NCBI RefSeq assembly: GCF_006345805.1
Contig: NC_042998.1
Coordinates: 44,144,001 to 44,208,000 of the forward strand
Length of the DNA: 64,000 bases
From: Octopus sinensis
Lineage: Eukaryota
Direction: 5' to 3'
Within the stretch, counting starts at the first letter, position 1. Each line of letters begins with the position of its first letter. Under the pieces are notes generated by a model. That model was not told the DNA's origin, did not search any database, and saw only the letters and a program-made list of their open reading frames with translations. Shown in pieces: positions 27,050 to 41,754 of the stretch. The position numbers and the translations under genes are program-made.

Positions 27050-27254
27050 TTTACATTATTTACAATTGACGGATATTTCTTTTCATCTTGTATGTTGTTA
27101 ACACAACGTTTCGACTGATATACCCTCCAGATAATACCACCTTGCTTGAATATAATAACGCACCTGATGAAGGCCGGAGGGTATGTCAGCCGAAACCTTG
27201 AGTTAACTACAAACAAGATGAGGGCAAATATCCGTCAATTGTAAATAATGTAAA
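27050..27254. repeat. About 80-bp imperfect inverted repeat (PLE-type inverted terminal repeat) containing a hammerhead-like core
   Basis: Arms are 27050-27130 and 27175-27254. CTGATGA is at 27164-27170 and GAAAC at 27192-27196, with GGC/GCC forming stem II. Confidence 0.75.
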
Positions 27255-27399
27255 TAATGTACATGATTCCACATCTCTTAAATATAGAACTGTATAGACA
27301 AATTATATATACGTATACTCACACACACAGACGTATATATATATACTTACATACATACATACATGCATACATACATACACATATGGGAAACCAACCAAC

Positions 27400-27720
27400 T
27401 AAAAGATAGTAACTACCCAATATATTGCTGGTAGTGTACCCAATTATTCATATCCATGTCATGCCATCCGCAACGTTGCATCTAGTAGCTCACTCTTTAC
27501 GTATGAGCTTTCATCTCCGTAACACGAACCATACCTTCAAATCCACCACTCTATTTCTATGTAAACCTAAAGTGAATTTCTATGTAAACGTAATGCGAAC
27601 TACTACCTAAATTCACCCGTCATAAAAACTCCTCCCAAGAACAACGATACTCATCTATCCACCATTGAACGAAGTAACATGGATCCTGAAATACATTACG
27701 AGAAGTTTGTAGCTTATTTC
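27400..27720 (+). mobile_element. Possible decayed PLE GIY-YIG endonuclease remnant
   Basis: SFHLRNTNHTFKSTTLF resembles the PLE F.K.R..NH..SF...STTLS motif, and it lies next to the PLE-type inverted repeat at 27050-27254. Confidence 0.3.
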
Positions 27721-29968
27721 CTCTTCCTATACCTAATTCGTTTTAATAAGTTGTACTTCTCTCACAACCTCACGTTTGCTCCTATTCTTTTTCTGCCCTT
27801 TTTAATAATGACAAATTCACTGTACCTATTGTTAACTGTTTATTATATGTATTAGCTCTCCTAACTACTTTGACCCTCCGAAGAAGCCTAGAGGCCACAC
27901 TGATCAGCCAAACTTTATCTGCCCATCCGTACAGAACACTGAAGAGATGGAGATGGCATGGAGGATTTCGTTGCCTCTTTGCAGAAACGGCCGTAAGGAA
28001 CTGATCTTTTGCTCTTTTCTATAATATTAACACATATGTGTGTAACACGTAGTTACTACATGTGTATGCTTTCTTTTAATACTTTCTAATGCTTTGGAAT
28101 AAATAGACACACTGAAATGTCTACCGGCTGAGGTATGTCGTTTTGTATCCTCTCCATTTTCTTATTTGCCGTATATGTATAGACAAAATCGATAGCTATA
28201 AATTTTAATTAGTTCTTTCAAAGGTATGTTTAATTGCCGCATTATCAGAATATTACTCTTGTTTATTACTTTTATATCTTTTGTTTCATTCTAATTTCCT
28301 CACATAACGATATTACTAATTGAATTGTATAATGCATGTAACATATCGCGTCTTTCATGTAACATTATGCTTCTTGGGAAGACAGACGCATGCTATGCTT
28401 TTCGGACAATGAAATTAATAACGAGACATCGCATTTCAAATAAATTCCAGACATTTGGATAACGAGAGATCTTCAGCTTGTTCGTCTCATTCGCTAGAAA
28501 TAGGAAGTCATTTTTCTCTCAAATAACACGCGTTCACGTCATCCTATCATCACCTTAAATAGGAAAAAGTTAAATTGCGTAACTTATTTCTGCCATCAAA
28601 GCCTATAAAACATTTTGTTATACGCCTGCCCGAACACTGCTGACCTAGTATTAAATAATATAAAACACGGTTTTTATTATAGGTGATGTCATAGAGTATG
28701 TACATGTTATTACTGAGAAAACGAATAACAATCACATCACAATGAAGTGCCGTATTTAGGTATAGTGGGACCTCGGTGCTAAACGCTTTTGGGGTCCCCT
28801 ACAATTTTGCATATACAATTTTCAGCTGTTTGATGTAAACAATGGGAATGTGTATTGCTGAAAAGTTACAATTCTTTGGAAACTGGTCCAATCTTGCTTT
28901 TTACTGCTTTCCGTGTTGAAAAAAATTGAAATTTGCGGTCATTCCCGCTGTCATTTCAAAATTTTTGCTTCGTTATGATGGCTGTACATATAACAAATAA
29001 AAATAAAAATCGGTGTTACATGTTATATTAGCGCCTCTATCACTCAAGGTTAACCATGCTTCTGCACATATATGTGAAGGCTACGACAAGATGTTTTGAG
29101 AAAGGCTATAATATGTCTATGATTAAAAGTTTTCCTTCTCCACTCTACCGATGTTTATCGAAGTAAAAGTTTGCTGTTATACTTTGTCACCATTGTCCTT
29201 GCAGCCATTGCTGCGAGAATGCAAAGCTTTGGATCCAATGTTGCACAATACCTTGCCCCGTCATCATATGTCTGCCACTACACTGCTCTAAGGATTTTGA
29301 TCTCTCCAGCAACGCCGAAATAATTAATTCCAAAGTTGATTTGAGTGGGATTCGATCTAGGAATACCTGGGACTGGAACGAATACAGCGGGGCATTTAAT
29401 CTAATCCTACAACTACTGACGAACTACTGAGCAAATTCAACACACTCTAGCGATTCTGCCAATGCACCTCCTTTCACACTACTACAAGTATGCTATTCCC
29501 TGCCTTATTATTACGTCATTAATGCAGTAGGCGTCCTTCGGCAGTTTTTTTCTAGTGATTCTTTCGAATTCATGTGTTTATTTGGGAACATATGTATAAT
29601 TTTCCTCACGTAAGAAAATACTTGAATAAATCCACAGTTATTTTCGCATAAATACGCAAGTTTACACGTAGATATACACGATATTATATTGAACTGAAGT
29701 TTGATCAGATCCTTCAGATGCACGAACAGTTAATCATAGATTTATATAATCTCTTGAAGCATTTCAATAGACATAAAATTTACATTGGCTTCCCCCCACA
29801 CACAACAAGCAACGCACAGTGAAAAGCAAAATGCGTAGTTGAACACACGCACATGCAAAAAGCACGTGTGCGCGCACGCATACACACACACACACATACA
29901 CAGAGAAACTCACCGATATATGCATTCTCATACTTCAACGCGCATACATGCATGTGTGTATATGTGTG

Positions 29969-30017
<49 letters not shown>

Positions 30018-30129
30018 GTATGTATATATACAAGCATCAATATATATATACATATATATACATATATATACATAAAGATGCCAAAACATATAAATACATA
30101 CCATACGTATATACATTCATCGATAGTTG

Positions 30130-31556
30130 AGTGAGAGAGATAGAGAGGAAAATTGAATGAGAGCGAGGGAAATCAGTGTAAGGTATCAACAAGTCTAATA
30201 CAACAAATCAACGAATGACTACATTTATGATATGTCGAAAATATAAATACTGTATTTAGATGTTTATACACGTAAAATACTGCCCACACAGCAAATACTG
30301 TGTTATGCAATTTCCGCCTCGAGCAATCATCAGTAAATACAAAACGTATATGAAGGGCTTTTTTTTCAGGGAATTCAGTAGAGTATATTGACATGGCACA
30401 CATAGTCAATTACATAAACATGCATAATTTAAAAGCTTACTCGAAGATAACCACAATTATACTTATATAATTAAACATACACATTCATAAATATTTTTTT
30501 TCTTTTTAAATGTAATATCAATTTAAAATACAGCTGTGATAATATTTATTCAGAAATCTAATGTGTATTACTTGCAATTGAAATCACATTTAGCATTTAT
30601 ACGAAAAAGAAAAATATACAGAAATTAGTTTATCTTAAAATCTACTTCCAGCTAGATTTATTGATTCTCATATCATATTTTTATTATCATTTTTGTCATT
30701 TGGTATATAATTGTTATTTTTATAATCGTTATTTCTTTGTTGGTGGGAACATAGTTGTTTTAAATTAATATATAAAATGCAAAATCTTCATCCATGACAA
30801 TATCAGATTTAATTATCATTCATATCATTGGATTTATTTTATATTTTACGTGTTGTCGTTGACAATACTAAACCATATTTCTTGTCATTTTTTTCAATGT
30901 TATTATTATTTTAAACAATCTCAATACATTTGTCTCAGTGGAGATGATTATTTGAAAAAGAATGAAAACTAGAGATTGACAGGAAGAAATTTTTGATAAA
31001 ATATATACATGTTCGCGTTTCTGTGTATATGTATGTGTCTTTATACATCTCCATGTGTGTATGCGTGACTGCGTGTGCGCAGTCGAGCGTATGTATACAC
31101 GAGAATAACGAGAATATGTGTATACGCATGTGTGCATGCGTATATTACAATTTCACTCTGAAACATGTATTCAATGAGACACCACTTATTCCTTTAAATT
31201 ACTTCATTACTACAAATCAATTATATTTTCTACTTTGTCGACGACATATTTATTTTTCAATTTATTTATGCTTTTATATAAAACAAGTTCAATAATGAAT
31301 GTTTACTTCAGAATAATTTTTGCGCATTATGATTAGTTTCCATCAGAGTATGATCTAATTTGAACTAGCTGTAGTATGGTCCTTTTGTTGTTTTTGTTGT
31401 ATAACTTGAGGTCAAACATTATTGGGCATATCTCAGGCGGTGAGCTGGCAGAATTGTTAGTATGCCGGGAAAATGCTTAGCGGCATTTTCTCCATCTTTA
31501 TGTTCTGTGTTCAAATACTGCCGAGTTCCACCTTACCTTCGGCCATTCATCAACAG

Positions 31557-31587
<31 letters not shown>

Positions 31588-31760
31588 AGTGAAAGAGAGC
31601 GAGGGAAATCAGTGAGTGCAAAGTATCAAGAAACCTAATACGATAAATCACCAAATGACTACATATATATGTCGAAAATAAAAATACTGTAATTAGATGT
31701 TTATACACGTAATATACTGCCCACACAACATATACTGTGTTATGCAACTTCCGCCTAAAG
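30130..31760. repeat. Diverged ~200-bp direct duplication (30130-30320 and 31570-31760)
   Basis: Shared gagagcgagggaaatcagtg..atgactacat..atgtcgaaaata..tagatgtttatacacgtaa.atactgcccacaca..atactgtgttatgcaa.ttccgcct. Confidence 0.8.
31435..31550 (+). mobile_element. SINE 5' (tRNA-like head) fragment
   Basis: aggcggtgagctggcagaattgttag..gttcaaatactgccgag. Confidence 0.8.
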
Positions 31761-31764
31761 ATTT

Positions 31765-31868
31765 CTGGGTCGATAAAATAAGTACCAGTTGATTTCTGGA
31801 GTCGATGCAATCGACTTACCACATCCCCGGGAATTACAGACTTTGTGTCAAATTTTGAAACTATTATT
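31765..31868 (+). mobile_element. SINE 3' fragment
   Basis: gggtcgataaaataagtaccagttg..gtcgatgcaatcgact. Confidence 0.75.
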
Positions 31869-32385
31869 GGACAGATCTGATCAAATATGTTCAAGGCGTG
31901 GCTACCATGTTTTTGAAGACTAATATAACTACAACCAAATTATTCAATCTACCTTTATATATTTTAAATGCTATGGTGTATAACTCGAGGCAAGGTAGGG
32001 TGCTATTTCTGTCATATCGAGTGATCGCCCTGAGTTTTGCATCCTCGTTGTCTCCTTAATTGTGAATTCTGGTCGAATTGATATATTTTGAAGCCGAAAA
32101 GCGAAAAACCTTGCTAATTACGAGGTAAAGAATTATATATTCGTTGAGTGTGAAATAATAATTCAACCAATATCTAGGAACCAACGGTCGCTATTAAAGT
32201 ATGGTTTGGCGGAATTGTGTGCTATATAAATGATGGGGAAATAGTTATTCAAAGGGAAATAAAAACAATTGGCAGTATTTAGTTTGGCTTTAGAGAGAGT
32301 GCAAAAACAATTTAATGTGAGATGTGTAGATTTACGTGTATGTGTTTTATAGTAAGTTTCATCATATTCCCGTCCACCTTTTTAT

Positions 32386-32780
32386 TATTTCTTTACTGCC
32401 GAAAAGGGGCTACACTCAGAAGGGACAAATAAGGACATGCAAACAGATTAAGTCGATTATATCGACCCCAGTGCGTAACTGGTACTTATATAATCGACCC
32501 CGAAACGATGAAAGGCAAAGTCGACCTCGGCGGAATTTGAACTCAGAACGAAACGGCAAACGAAATACCTATTTGTTTACTACCCACAAAGGGTTAAACA
32601 CAGAAGGGACAAACAAGGACAGACAAACGGATTACGTCGATTATATCGACACCAGTGCGTAACTGGTAATTATTTAATCGACCCCGAAAGGATGAAAGGC
32701 AAAGTCGACCTCGGCAGAATTTGAACTCAGAACGTAGCGGCAGACGAAATGCCGCTAACATTTCTGCCAGCTCGCCGCCT
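32386..32780 (-). mobile_element. tRNA-derived SINE dimer with a 19-bp target-site duplication
   Basis: Two tandem units. TSD ttcccgtccacctttttat is at 32367-32385 and 32781-32799. Confidence 0.92.
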
Positions 32781-35395
32781 TTCCCGTCCACCTTTTTATG
32801 TTGATGAAGCTCTATTTGCGAGAGTGTATGGAATGTACGAATTCCATATAGTTAGTGTACATGTTTGTTAAGTCATGATGGTAATGTTTTGAACTGGGTA
32901 TGTATATATAATTACGTGCGTTTAACATGTGGACAGTATACGTGAAATCTCAAAGTTCTGCTACACTCTAATCTATGTGTGTGAGATAGTGTTTGTGCAC
33001 GTGTATACGTGTATGTGTGTAAGCACGTGTTCATGTTCCACCTGGAAAATTCTTTGTTGCCAATATTGAATGAGCTATCGTAAACACTTCTAATTAGGTT
33101 AGTAATCTTGCGTTCTAATTTGGTAGTCTAACACCGAATATTTTAATGAATCCGTAATTAAACAACTAAACACAGAAACACTAATGAGAGAAAGCTCACA
33201 AGAAAATCAGTTCGTAAATAAGCTGAAGAGATTCGGTAACGTGACGAACATCAAAGACATTTGAAATGTATTTACAACAAAAACCAGTGACTTATGTTAA
33301 ATACAATTGTTATCTCATTTGTTCTCTCTGTTTCTATTGTTGATGTTCTTGCCGCTGCTTCTGGTTTTGTCGTTGTGGTTGTTGCACTTGTTTAGCTACA
33401 TAGCAATACTGATAGAGAATACTGCTCTGAACACCTCTTAATATTTCTTTGTCTGGAATTGAAGATCAATATAATCTTAATTTTTCCTTGCTCCTTTAAT
33501 TGTAATTATAGGAAATGTTTTAACTCCATTTTCCTAACAGGACGAGAAAATACGTATTTATTTATTTTCCAACAGGTTCGTTCTGCTCAATAAATCATAT
33601 CAGGTATATAAGACAAAAGTGTCTTTTTAAATAGATTTCAATTTTATTTTATTTCTGAATGTTGTATTTAATTAGATCCATTTCATTTTATGCTTCTAGG
33701 AAGTTTCATTTATTTAATTTAATGGCTTTAGTTAGTTTGCCGTTACATAAAAGTAATTGACATCAGGCGTTCATATACCAGCGTATAATATAAAGCATTA
33801 GAAACTCTGGCAATGCAAATTTCTGAAACGATCAGTGTGTCACTTCTCAATTTATCCATTCACCAACTTTCTAAAATAATATAACTATATAGCACACGCA
33901 TATACACACGGGTACGCGCACACACACGCACACGTGTGTACTTGTGTGTGTTTGTATGTATACTGCCATTCACCTTAAACAATAAACCGTTGGTTTAGCT
34001 TCATTAAGTTGATTTCTTCGATGGATTTTCCACTTCATAATTGCAATTAACATAGTTTATGGCGATAATAAAGTAGATTTCGTATGAGATAGGTGATTAC
34101 CTCTGCGATTTCACACGAATTAAGTATCGTTTTTGCAACTATTCAGTCAACTTACATTAATGATGTTCCAAAAAGCTCGTTTGCATTCGGTATGTCTCAT
34201 TTATATATTTTCGCATTTATAGATTACAGATAGTGTGATTCATTTAACTATTTTGAAGTGAATAGGTAATGCAACCTCATGCCTCATAAAGGAAATATGG
34301 ATTGCTTTGATCCTAAACACACTCGTTTATACACCTGAGTGCGTTCGTATTTATATGTTTGTGCGTGTGTACATATATATATATAAATGCATATATTTGC
34401 GTATATAAATGTACAAAAATACATATACGTTTACATATATGTGTGCTTGTATGTATTTATTTATCTAAGTATACATATAAAACTGCATCTTCGATGAATA
34501 CCCAAGTTATACATACAAATTTGTATTACCATTTGAGATTTAGATTGGTGCAACGTGCATCTGATCATTTTGATGCTATGTTGCTAAATGGTGAGGTGAC
34601 GTTCAGTTATAACGAACGATAATTATATATACTTAGCGAAACTTCTGTTGTTATTGCTCTCTGACCACAACGTTCTTGCATCGTGGTGTACAGTGGTGAG
34701 TTGCTAAACCATTGACCCTGTTTAAATTTATTTTACACAATATAATGTGGCCACAACCCCTGTAGCTATAATCATTTCTTCCCAGGGAATAGCTTCAATC
34801 CTCGGATCTCTGGTTTATGGATTCAGCGCGCTCCCAATGCAGCACTCTACTCAACAATCTTTAAGCAAATTCTGGATTAATTCATATCTATTATATCATC
34901 CATATTATGTTATTTATCTATTATTTATTTTCTATATGCATTGGACTGTGTCAAATTTACGAAGTATAGGATTTAAACACTACAAGCTGTAGCACTGGGG
35001 CGTAATATATTTACTAAAAGATGACATTTCACTCTGCCTATACATCGAGAGTTATGTTTGACAAACCTAATGCATATATCAGATTTTCTGGGTATCTCTT
35101 TATTTGAAATTTTCATATCAGTCAGAAGCATATTAATACTATAAATGTTTACCTAGCGTAACAAATTAATACCATAAATGTTTACCTAAGCGAGCTTACA
35201 ACTCGCCATCTACTATAATCCGCTATTTAACTAATCATCTGGTTGATCAGTTGTCTGATGAATTCTGCAGTTTGATTGCCAGATCCCTTTCGAGGAAATC
35301 TGAAGTCATATCGATGACATGGCATCACATATTTTACGTCTACCACCATAATATACAATATACACTATTGAACTATACACCTGTATCTATATACG

Positions 35396-35433
<38 letters not shown>

Positions 35434-35633
35434 TACATTTGAAAGTCTATGAGAAATACTAAATACAATTTTTGAAGTGTTAAGTTAATTTTTTAAAAAT
35501 ATTATTTTAAAAATAAAAGGAAATCTTTTATGAGGATGTTACTATCCTTCTTTGGGAAGACGTCTTTTTCTAATATGTAAGCACCATCGTTAAATATTTT
35601 CAAAAACACGTGCTCTTAAATGTATATATATAT

Positions 35634-35679
<46 letters not shown>

Positions 35680-35735
35680 ATATGCATGTATGTATGTATG
35701 TAGTATGTATGTATGCATGTATGTATATATATATA

Positions 35736-35783
<48 letters not shown>

Positions 35784-37380
35784 CGTGTGTGTGTGTATAA
35801 TTATAATTATGGGTACCTAAGAGATACCACCATGCTAGAAATGGCAACCAAAACCTATCCAGCAATTATCCAGTAATTTTTTGCTAGTTTATTTTGTCTG
35901 TTTGTCTACTCTCCTGATACTGTATGACATTTAATGTGGTTTTAGAGTCACGTTTTGGCTGCTATTTCTGCCATAGTGTTATCTCTTAGATACCCTTAAT
36001 TATAATTTTAATAATAATTATTACCTTTAAGGTTTTTAATCCCATGATGGCAACCTGGTAAGATCGATATTTAAATAACGTTCTTATCCTTATTTATATA
36101 AATTTATATATATATAGCGAATCCCCCCCAAAAAAACAACATAAAAACAAACAAGAAAAAACAATGCTAGGATGCGGTACAAGTACTGTATTATCAGACG
36201 CTCAGGAAAGGAAAAAAAGAGGATTCTTCGTTTTGAGCAAAGCTCTTCTTCAGAAATAGAGGAGAGTCCAAAGTAAATACTTGCTGTATTTAAAATTCTT
36301 ACATTTTTAACCACATCAGGTATTTACTGTCTTAATTCTGTAATATTAACAACTACCTTTCCCATTTTTATTTTTTGACCTTATATTTAATTCACACAAA
36401 TGAATATTAGTTCTTACACTAATAATATTTGCATTATAGATAGCTTTTCAAGTATTCTACTAACTCTCGTTGCATTCTAGCAGCTTTCACTAGTTAAATT
36501 TCATTCCCACACAATTTCTTTTTAAATATGGACCATACCTAATATTACTTATAATTTTCAGGTCATATCCTAATTCAAACATAACTATGCCTTTTCATCG
36601 GACACCTCTGTTAAACCTCCTATGATAAATAACTTATATGGAGTTTAAATTACGTTTCTTCTTATTCTTATATAGAGAGAAAGTCTCTTAAACATTTTGC
36701 ACTCATATTTTCAAATAACCGTTAGCTTCATCAGTTTTAGTTTATACACAACTAGACTCAACAACATTCTTTCGTATGCCCTCAATTTTTCATAAGGATA
36801 AAATATATACATATCCGAATTTGTTATCTGCTATTTCCTTCATCAAGTCTTCTGTAATAATAATAGTTTTTGTTGAATATCTCTTGCACTGAGAAGAGCA
36901 GTTGATATGTAATTACTTTAATTTAATCAAATAAATTTTAATTATTCTACCATGCTGTTTTACATGTTAATATCACTTCCAAGCGATCATAAACATGTAT
37001 TAAAATTCTTTCAAATTTTAACATCTTCTCTTCTTCATTTTTAACATATTTGTTGAGCATATATGGGATACTTATCCATAAATTTTCATAATTCACCATA
37101 TACATGTAATACTTTCATATTCGCATAAATGGTATGCCTGTAAGCTACCAGCAAAATATGATGAATCTTTGTTAGAAATCGACCTTTAGAGCACTCCAAA
37201 GTAAAGAATGAAATATAATTAAACCTTTTCACACACACACACACACATCTATATATATATTCATATACATATATGGGGGAGAGAGAGAGCTGGATGCATA
37301 AACATACACACATGAACAGGCACACACATATATACACATGCATAAATATGCGTGTGTATTTGTTTAAAGTATTACAGATG

Positions 37381-37460
37381 GACAAGAATGTTGACAAGAA
37401 AACGAAAAGACAACACATCCATATGTGCTGCCTTTTCGTTTTCTTGTCAACATTCTTGTC
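37381..37460. repeat. Perfect 29-bp hairpin
   Basis: gacaagaatgttgacaagaaaacgaaaag and cttttcgttttcttgtcaacattcttgtc, with a 22-nt spacer. Confidence 0.85.
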
Positions 37461-38010
37461 TGATCCCTTAGTTGTAAATTTGCAATCATAACGGTTTTGA
37501 TACCTAAGATAATGTTGTTCTTTACAATGGAACCCCACAATCACAATGCTGCAATTGTAAAGACATTAGCTAGCAGAAAACCAGGAAACGGAACAAAAAT
37601 GTGTATACAAACATGGAAAAACGAAAAGAGATAATAAAAAAAGTCTTTCTAGGTGAACAATGAATGAAGCAACACGCGACAAAATAGCAGGACGTCTATT
37701 GGTTTCAAATATCCAGAAAGACAAGAAAATAGATATCACGCCACTGTGAAAGCAACCGTAGAAAATGATTAAAAGGTAAAACGGAAGTAGAATGACTGGT
37801 GGAGAGTAAGAGAGTTAGGGGATTCTAGTAAGTAGAGATGTAAAAGGAGAGCAACTGTGACGGAAGACAATGGAAATAGAGAAATGGAGAAATTGGACAT
37901 ATTTGAGTGGAGAATGAGAGAGAAAGAAGGGTCACACCTGAAACAAGCTAACCGGGGTGCGAGTGAAAATGGAGGTGGTCAGCATCAGGATATAAACACG
38001 TGAAAGGAGG

Positions 38011-38069
<59 letters not shown>

Positions 38070-38082
38070 CAGATAGATAGAT

Positions 38083-38954
38083 ATGTTTCTTTATTAGCCA
38101 CACAGGGCTGCACACAGATAGAACAAATTACAGGTAGAGCTTTTCTTTTGAAGGTTTAAAAAAAAAAAAGGAGGGGAGTTTCGATCAAAAGGGATCGTAA
38201 AAGGAGAGAAAGAGGACAAAAAAAAGGGGGGGTTTAAAAAAAAAAAAAAAAAAAGGGGGGGGGGAGAGGAAAAAAAATTGATCATAGGGATCGTTATCAC
38301 AGAAATGTCAATATGAAGTGTAAGGGGAGGACAGGTGAGGTTTACCCGTGGAAAGAAAAGCCTACGGAAAAGACCACGGTAACCTCGGTCAATGAAGTCA
38401 CATTTTATATTTCTTTTTTTTTTTTTTTTTTTGCAAATAAGCAACTCTCTGTCTTCGATTTCTGGGTTCATAGGACTATGCTCAAGGTGGCTTCGTCATT
38501 CATACGTGCCATTCTTGCTACATTCACCCATCTTTTTTAAAACATTCGCTAGACAAAACTTGCCTCTCTACTCTCACTTTCCTTTTCAAGTGGTACTTGA
38601 AGAAGTTGATGAGAGATTGACCAGAGAGGAAAGTGTTTGTCTCCAATCCTTTCAGACGCGTCCACCAGATACATTCTTTCGCCATAGCCACAAGGATGAT
38701 GAAAATAGCTCTTCCTTCCCGTTTGAAGGAAGGAGGCGTGACAATATTGACGATAGACTCAGCTGATAAACCGACTCGTCCCACACGTGACAGCAGTTGT
38801 TCGACATAAGCCCACAGGTCGGAAATTGTTGGACACTGAACGAGTGCGTGCAGAACGGTTTCGTCGCTCTGACCGCATCTCGGGCAGGTCGGCCCCGTGT
38901 TTCTCGAGCCGTGTCTGTAGAGCTTATCCCGAACGGGTAGCGCTTCTCGGTAGC

Positions 38955-38962
<8 letters not shown>
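38083..38962 (-). mobile_element. 5'-truncated Tx1/L1-clade LINE (ORF2 C-terminus and 3' UTR) inside a (GATA)n microsatellite
   Basis: Minus strand reads [55 protein letters not shown]...AMAKECIWWTR..., a C-x2-C-x8-H-x4-C knuckle typical of L1/Tx1 ORF2. One A-run frameshift near 38530 restores KRWVNVARMARMNDEATLSIVL*, with the stop at 38468-38470. The U/C-rich 3' UTR ends in AATAAA near 38090. (GATA)n flanks both ends. Confidence 0.88.
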
Positions 38963-39235
<273 letters not shown>

Positions 39236-40364
39236 CAAATAGACAGGTAGATTCGTAGTTACATATAAAACATCAAGTTAAGAAATATAATTGCGTTACA
39301 TTACGTATAACATTACAAAAAAATAGTAGAGACGGGCAAGAAGATCTAGAGGAAAAATGGAAAGACATTGCACGAAGACTTGCATTTGTCTGATCCCTTC
39401 AACAGTTGTCAGTGGGAAGTCATAAAAATTTCAGCACATAAGACAAAACGGAACCCACAACCCATTATAGCTGTAACTGTAGAGATGAGTGGCGTCAGAA
39501 CCTATCAAAGAAAGGAAAAATTGATGTTCAACGAAGAATTTAGAAAAGGGAAAATATAAATCTACTCTAGTTCGTAGTTAAATACTCTACATCCTAGAAA
39601 ATAAACAACATACTGGAGAATGATACTCTAGTCTGTTGCATTTCTATGACAGAGAGAGACTGACGCAGGCATGTACAAATGCAAGAACTCATAAAATAGA
39701 TGTTTCATTTTGTGTTCTTGCTGTGGTTTAAGTTAATTTTAGATTTCAGAAAATATTTTGTCTATGTAAAGATATATATATATAAAATATATATAAAAAT
39801 ACAAAATGGGACAAGAACGCAAAACATTCAAATAGACGACGCAAAAAGAAAACGGACGGGTCATTCGAAGGCTCTAATCTTCAGTCAAGAACCGGATCAT
39901 CCTCCCAATTTAGGATATATATATATATATACAGATGCATATACATACATGCATATGGCAGATGACAGTGTGGTCGTGCGTGTGCACACACCCACACATA
40001 CATATGTAATCATAATTATAAATAGAGTTATTTAAGTATATTATATATGTATAATTACATATCAAGATTTATATGAGTACATTATATATATATGCATATA
40101 TATATATGTATATATGTATGTGTATATGTATGTGTACCCGCATATAAATTCGTGTGTGTATGGATCAGAGTGCGTGTATGAACTTTGTATGTGAGGGGTA
40201 TGTTGGTTTTGAGCGTTGAGTAAAATCGTTTGCGCCTTGATACAGTACTTGAAAGTATAAGTATAATATTGGATTCTATGTAATCAACTAACCTCTTCCT
40301 TGAAACTCGAGGCCTTGTACAAAAATTTGGAATTATTGTCTTTATTATCATTACTATGTGAGTC

Positions 40365-40995
40365 TGGCACAATAGTTAGCACACTGAACGAATTCCTGAC
40401 CATTATTTGACCCGTTGCTACATTCTGAGTTGAAACTCGCCCGAGGTCGACTTTGCCTTTCATTTTTTCCGGGTTGAGAAATAAAGTACTAATGAAACAC
40501 TTGGGACAATGTCATCGATTAGTCCTCTCCCCCAAAATTTCAGGCCTTTTGCCTTTAGTAGAAACGATTATTATCATTTATATATTTATTAAGACGGTGA
40601 GCTGACAGAATCGTTAGCGTGCATTTCGTGCGTCTTTGCGTTCTAAGTTCAAATCCTGCTGAGGTCGATTTTGCCCTCCATCCTTTCGATGTCGATAAAA
40701 TAAGTACCAGTTGAATACTGGGGTCAATGTAATCGACGGTTCACCTCCCACAGAATTTCAGGCATTGGGCCCATAATACGAAGGACTATTAAAGCATCGA
40801 GCTAGCAGACACGTTAGCATGTCGGACATACTGCTTAGCGGCACGTCGTTCTGAGTTCAATTACACCGAGATCAAGTTTGCCATTTATTCTTTCGAGATT
40901 AATAAAATAGGTACCAGCTGGACACTGGTGTCGATATAATCAAGTTAACGCCTTTCCCGAAATCGCTGGCCTTGTGCCAAACTTTGAAACCCTTA
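40365..40995 (+). mobile_element. Cluster of three diverged same-strand SINE copies
   Basis: Family motifs recur at about 40365-40570, 40591-40790 and 40795-40995. Confidence 0.82.
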
Positions 40996-41356
40996 ATATT
41001 AGGTGGTGTGTGTATAGTAGAAATGATTATTTTTATTAAAACGTTTCTGTGGCTTCCTTTCGTAGTGTCACATACCTCCAAACATTTACAATAATTCTTT
41101 TATAGCAACACGGCAAAATCTGTTACTTGGTGGTTTTGATCACATATATACTAGTACATGGGTGAAGAAGTATCAATTATTAATTTGGAAACCAGACACC
41201 GCCTGATGTGAGTAATCACATTCATCCGGTGTGTCATGATCTTTCAGTAAACGCTGAATATATGATTTCAGATATATCTTTCAGTAATGTTTTTAAATTG
41301 TGTTTCTCAGTGTAATTTTGAAACTGTTGGCTACGTCGAAAGTATAATCCGAGCTT

Positions 41357-41418
<62 letters not shown>

Positions 41419-41474
41419 GGTGGTGGTGGTGGTGGTGGTGGTAGTATTAGTAGTAGTAGTAGTAGTAGTAGTAT
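41357..41474. repeat. (AGT)n-(GGT)n-(AGT)n trinucleotide repeat
   Basis: Direct reading; the poly-Ser/Gly and poly-Thr ORFs here are artefacts of it. Confidence 0.95.
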
Positions 41475-41754
41475 TGCATTGATGACACTCCCTGAACACA
41501 ACTATATATATGTGTGTGTGTGTGTGCGTGTGTACGTGTGCATGTATGTATATGGAATATTGACATGCACGACCGGTTTTGGGTATACTAACCATCACTA
41601 AGTAGTTAGTGATAATATTATTTCTTGCTCTCATAGTATATTTTCATTCCATGTTAGTAGATGGACAGATATTTTGTAAATGAATCTGAAGTAAATATAC
41701 TTGATCAAGTAAATATGTGTTCAACGAAATTTGCTCATGACCAGATAGACACAT

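Noticed and set aside
33576-33603. Micro-exon candidates with AG/GT boundaries (also 28107-28132, 44687-44734, 50666-50710, minus 42078-42134 and 62985 onward)
   Set aside because: They are too short to distinguish from chance splice-like sites without transcript data, and none translates to a recognisable motif.
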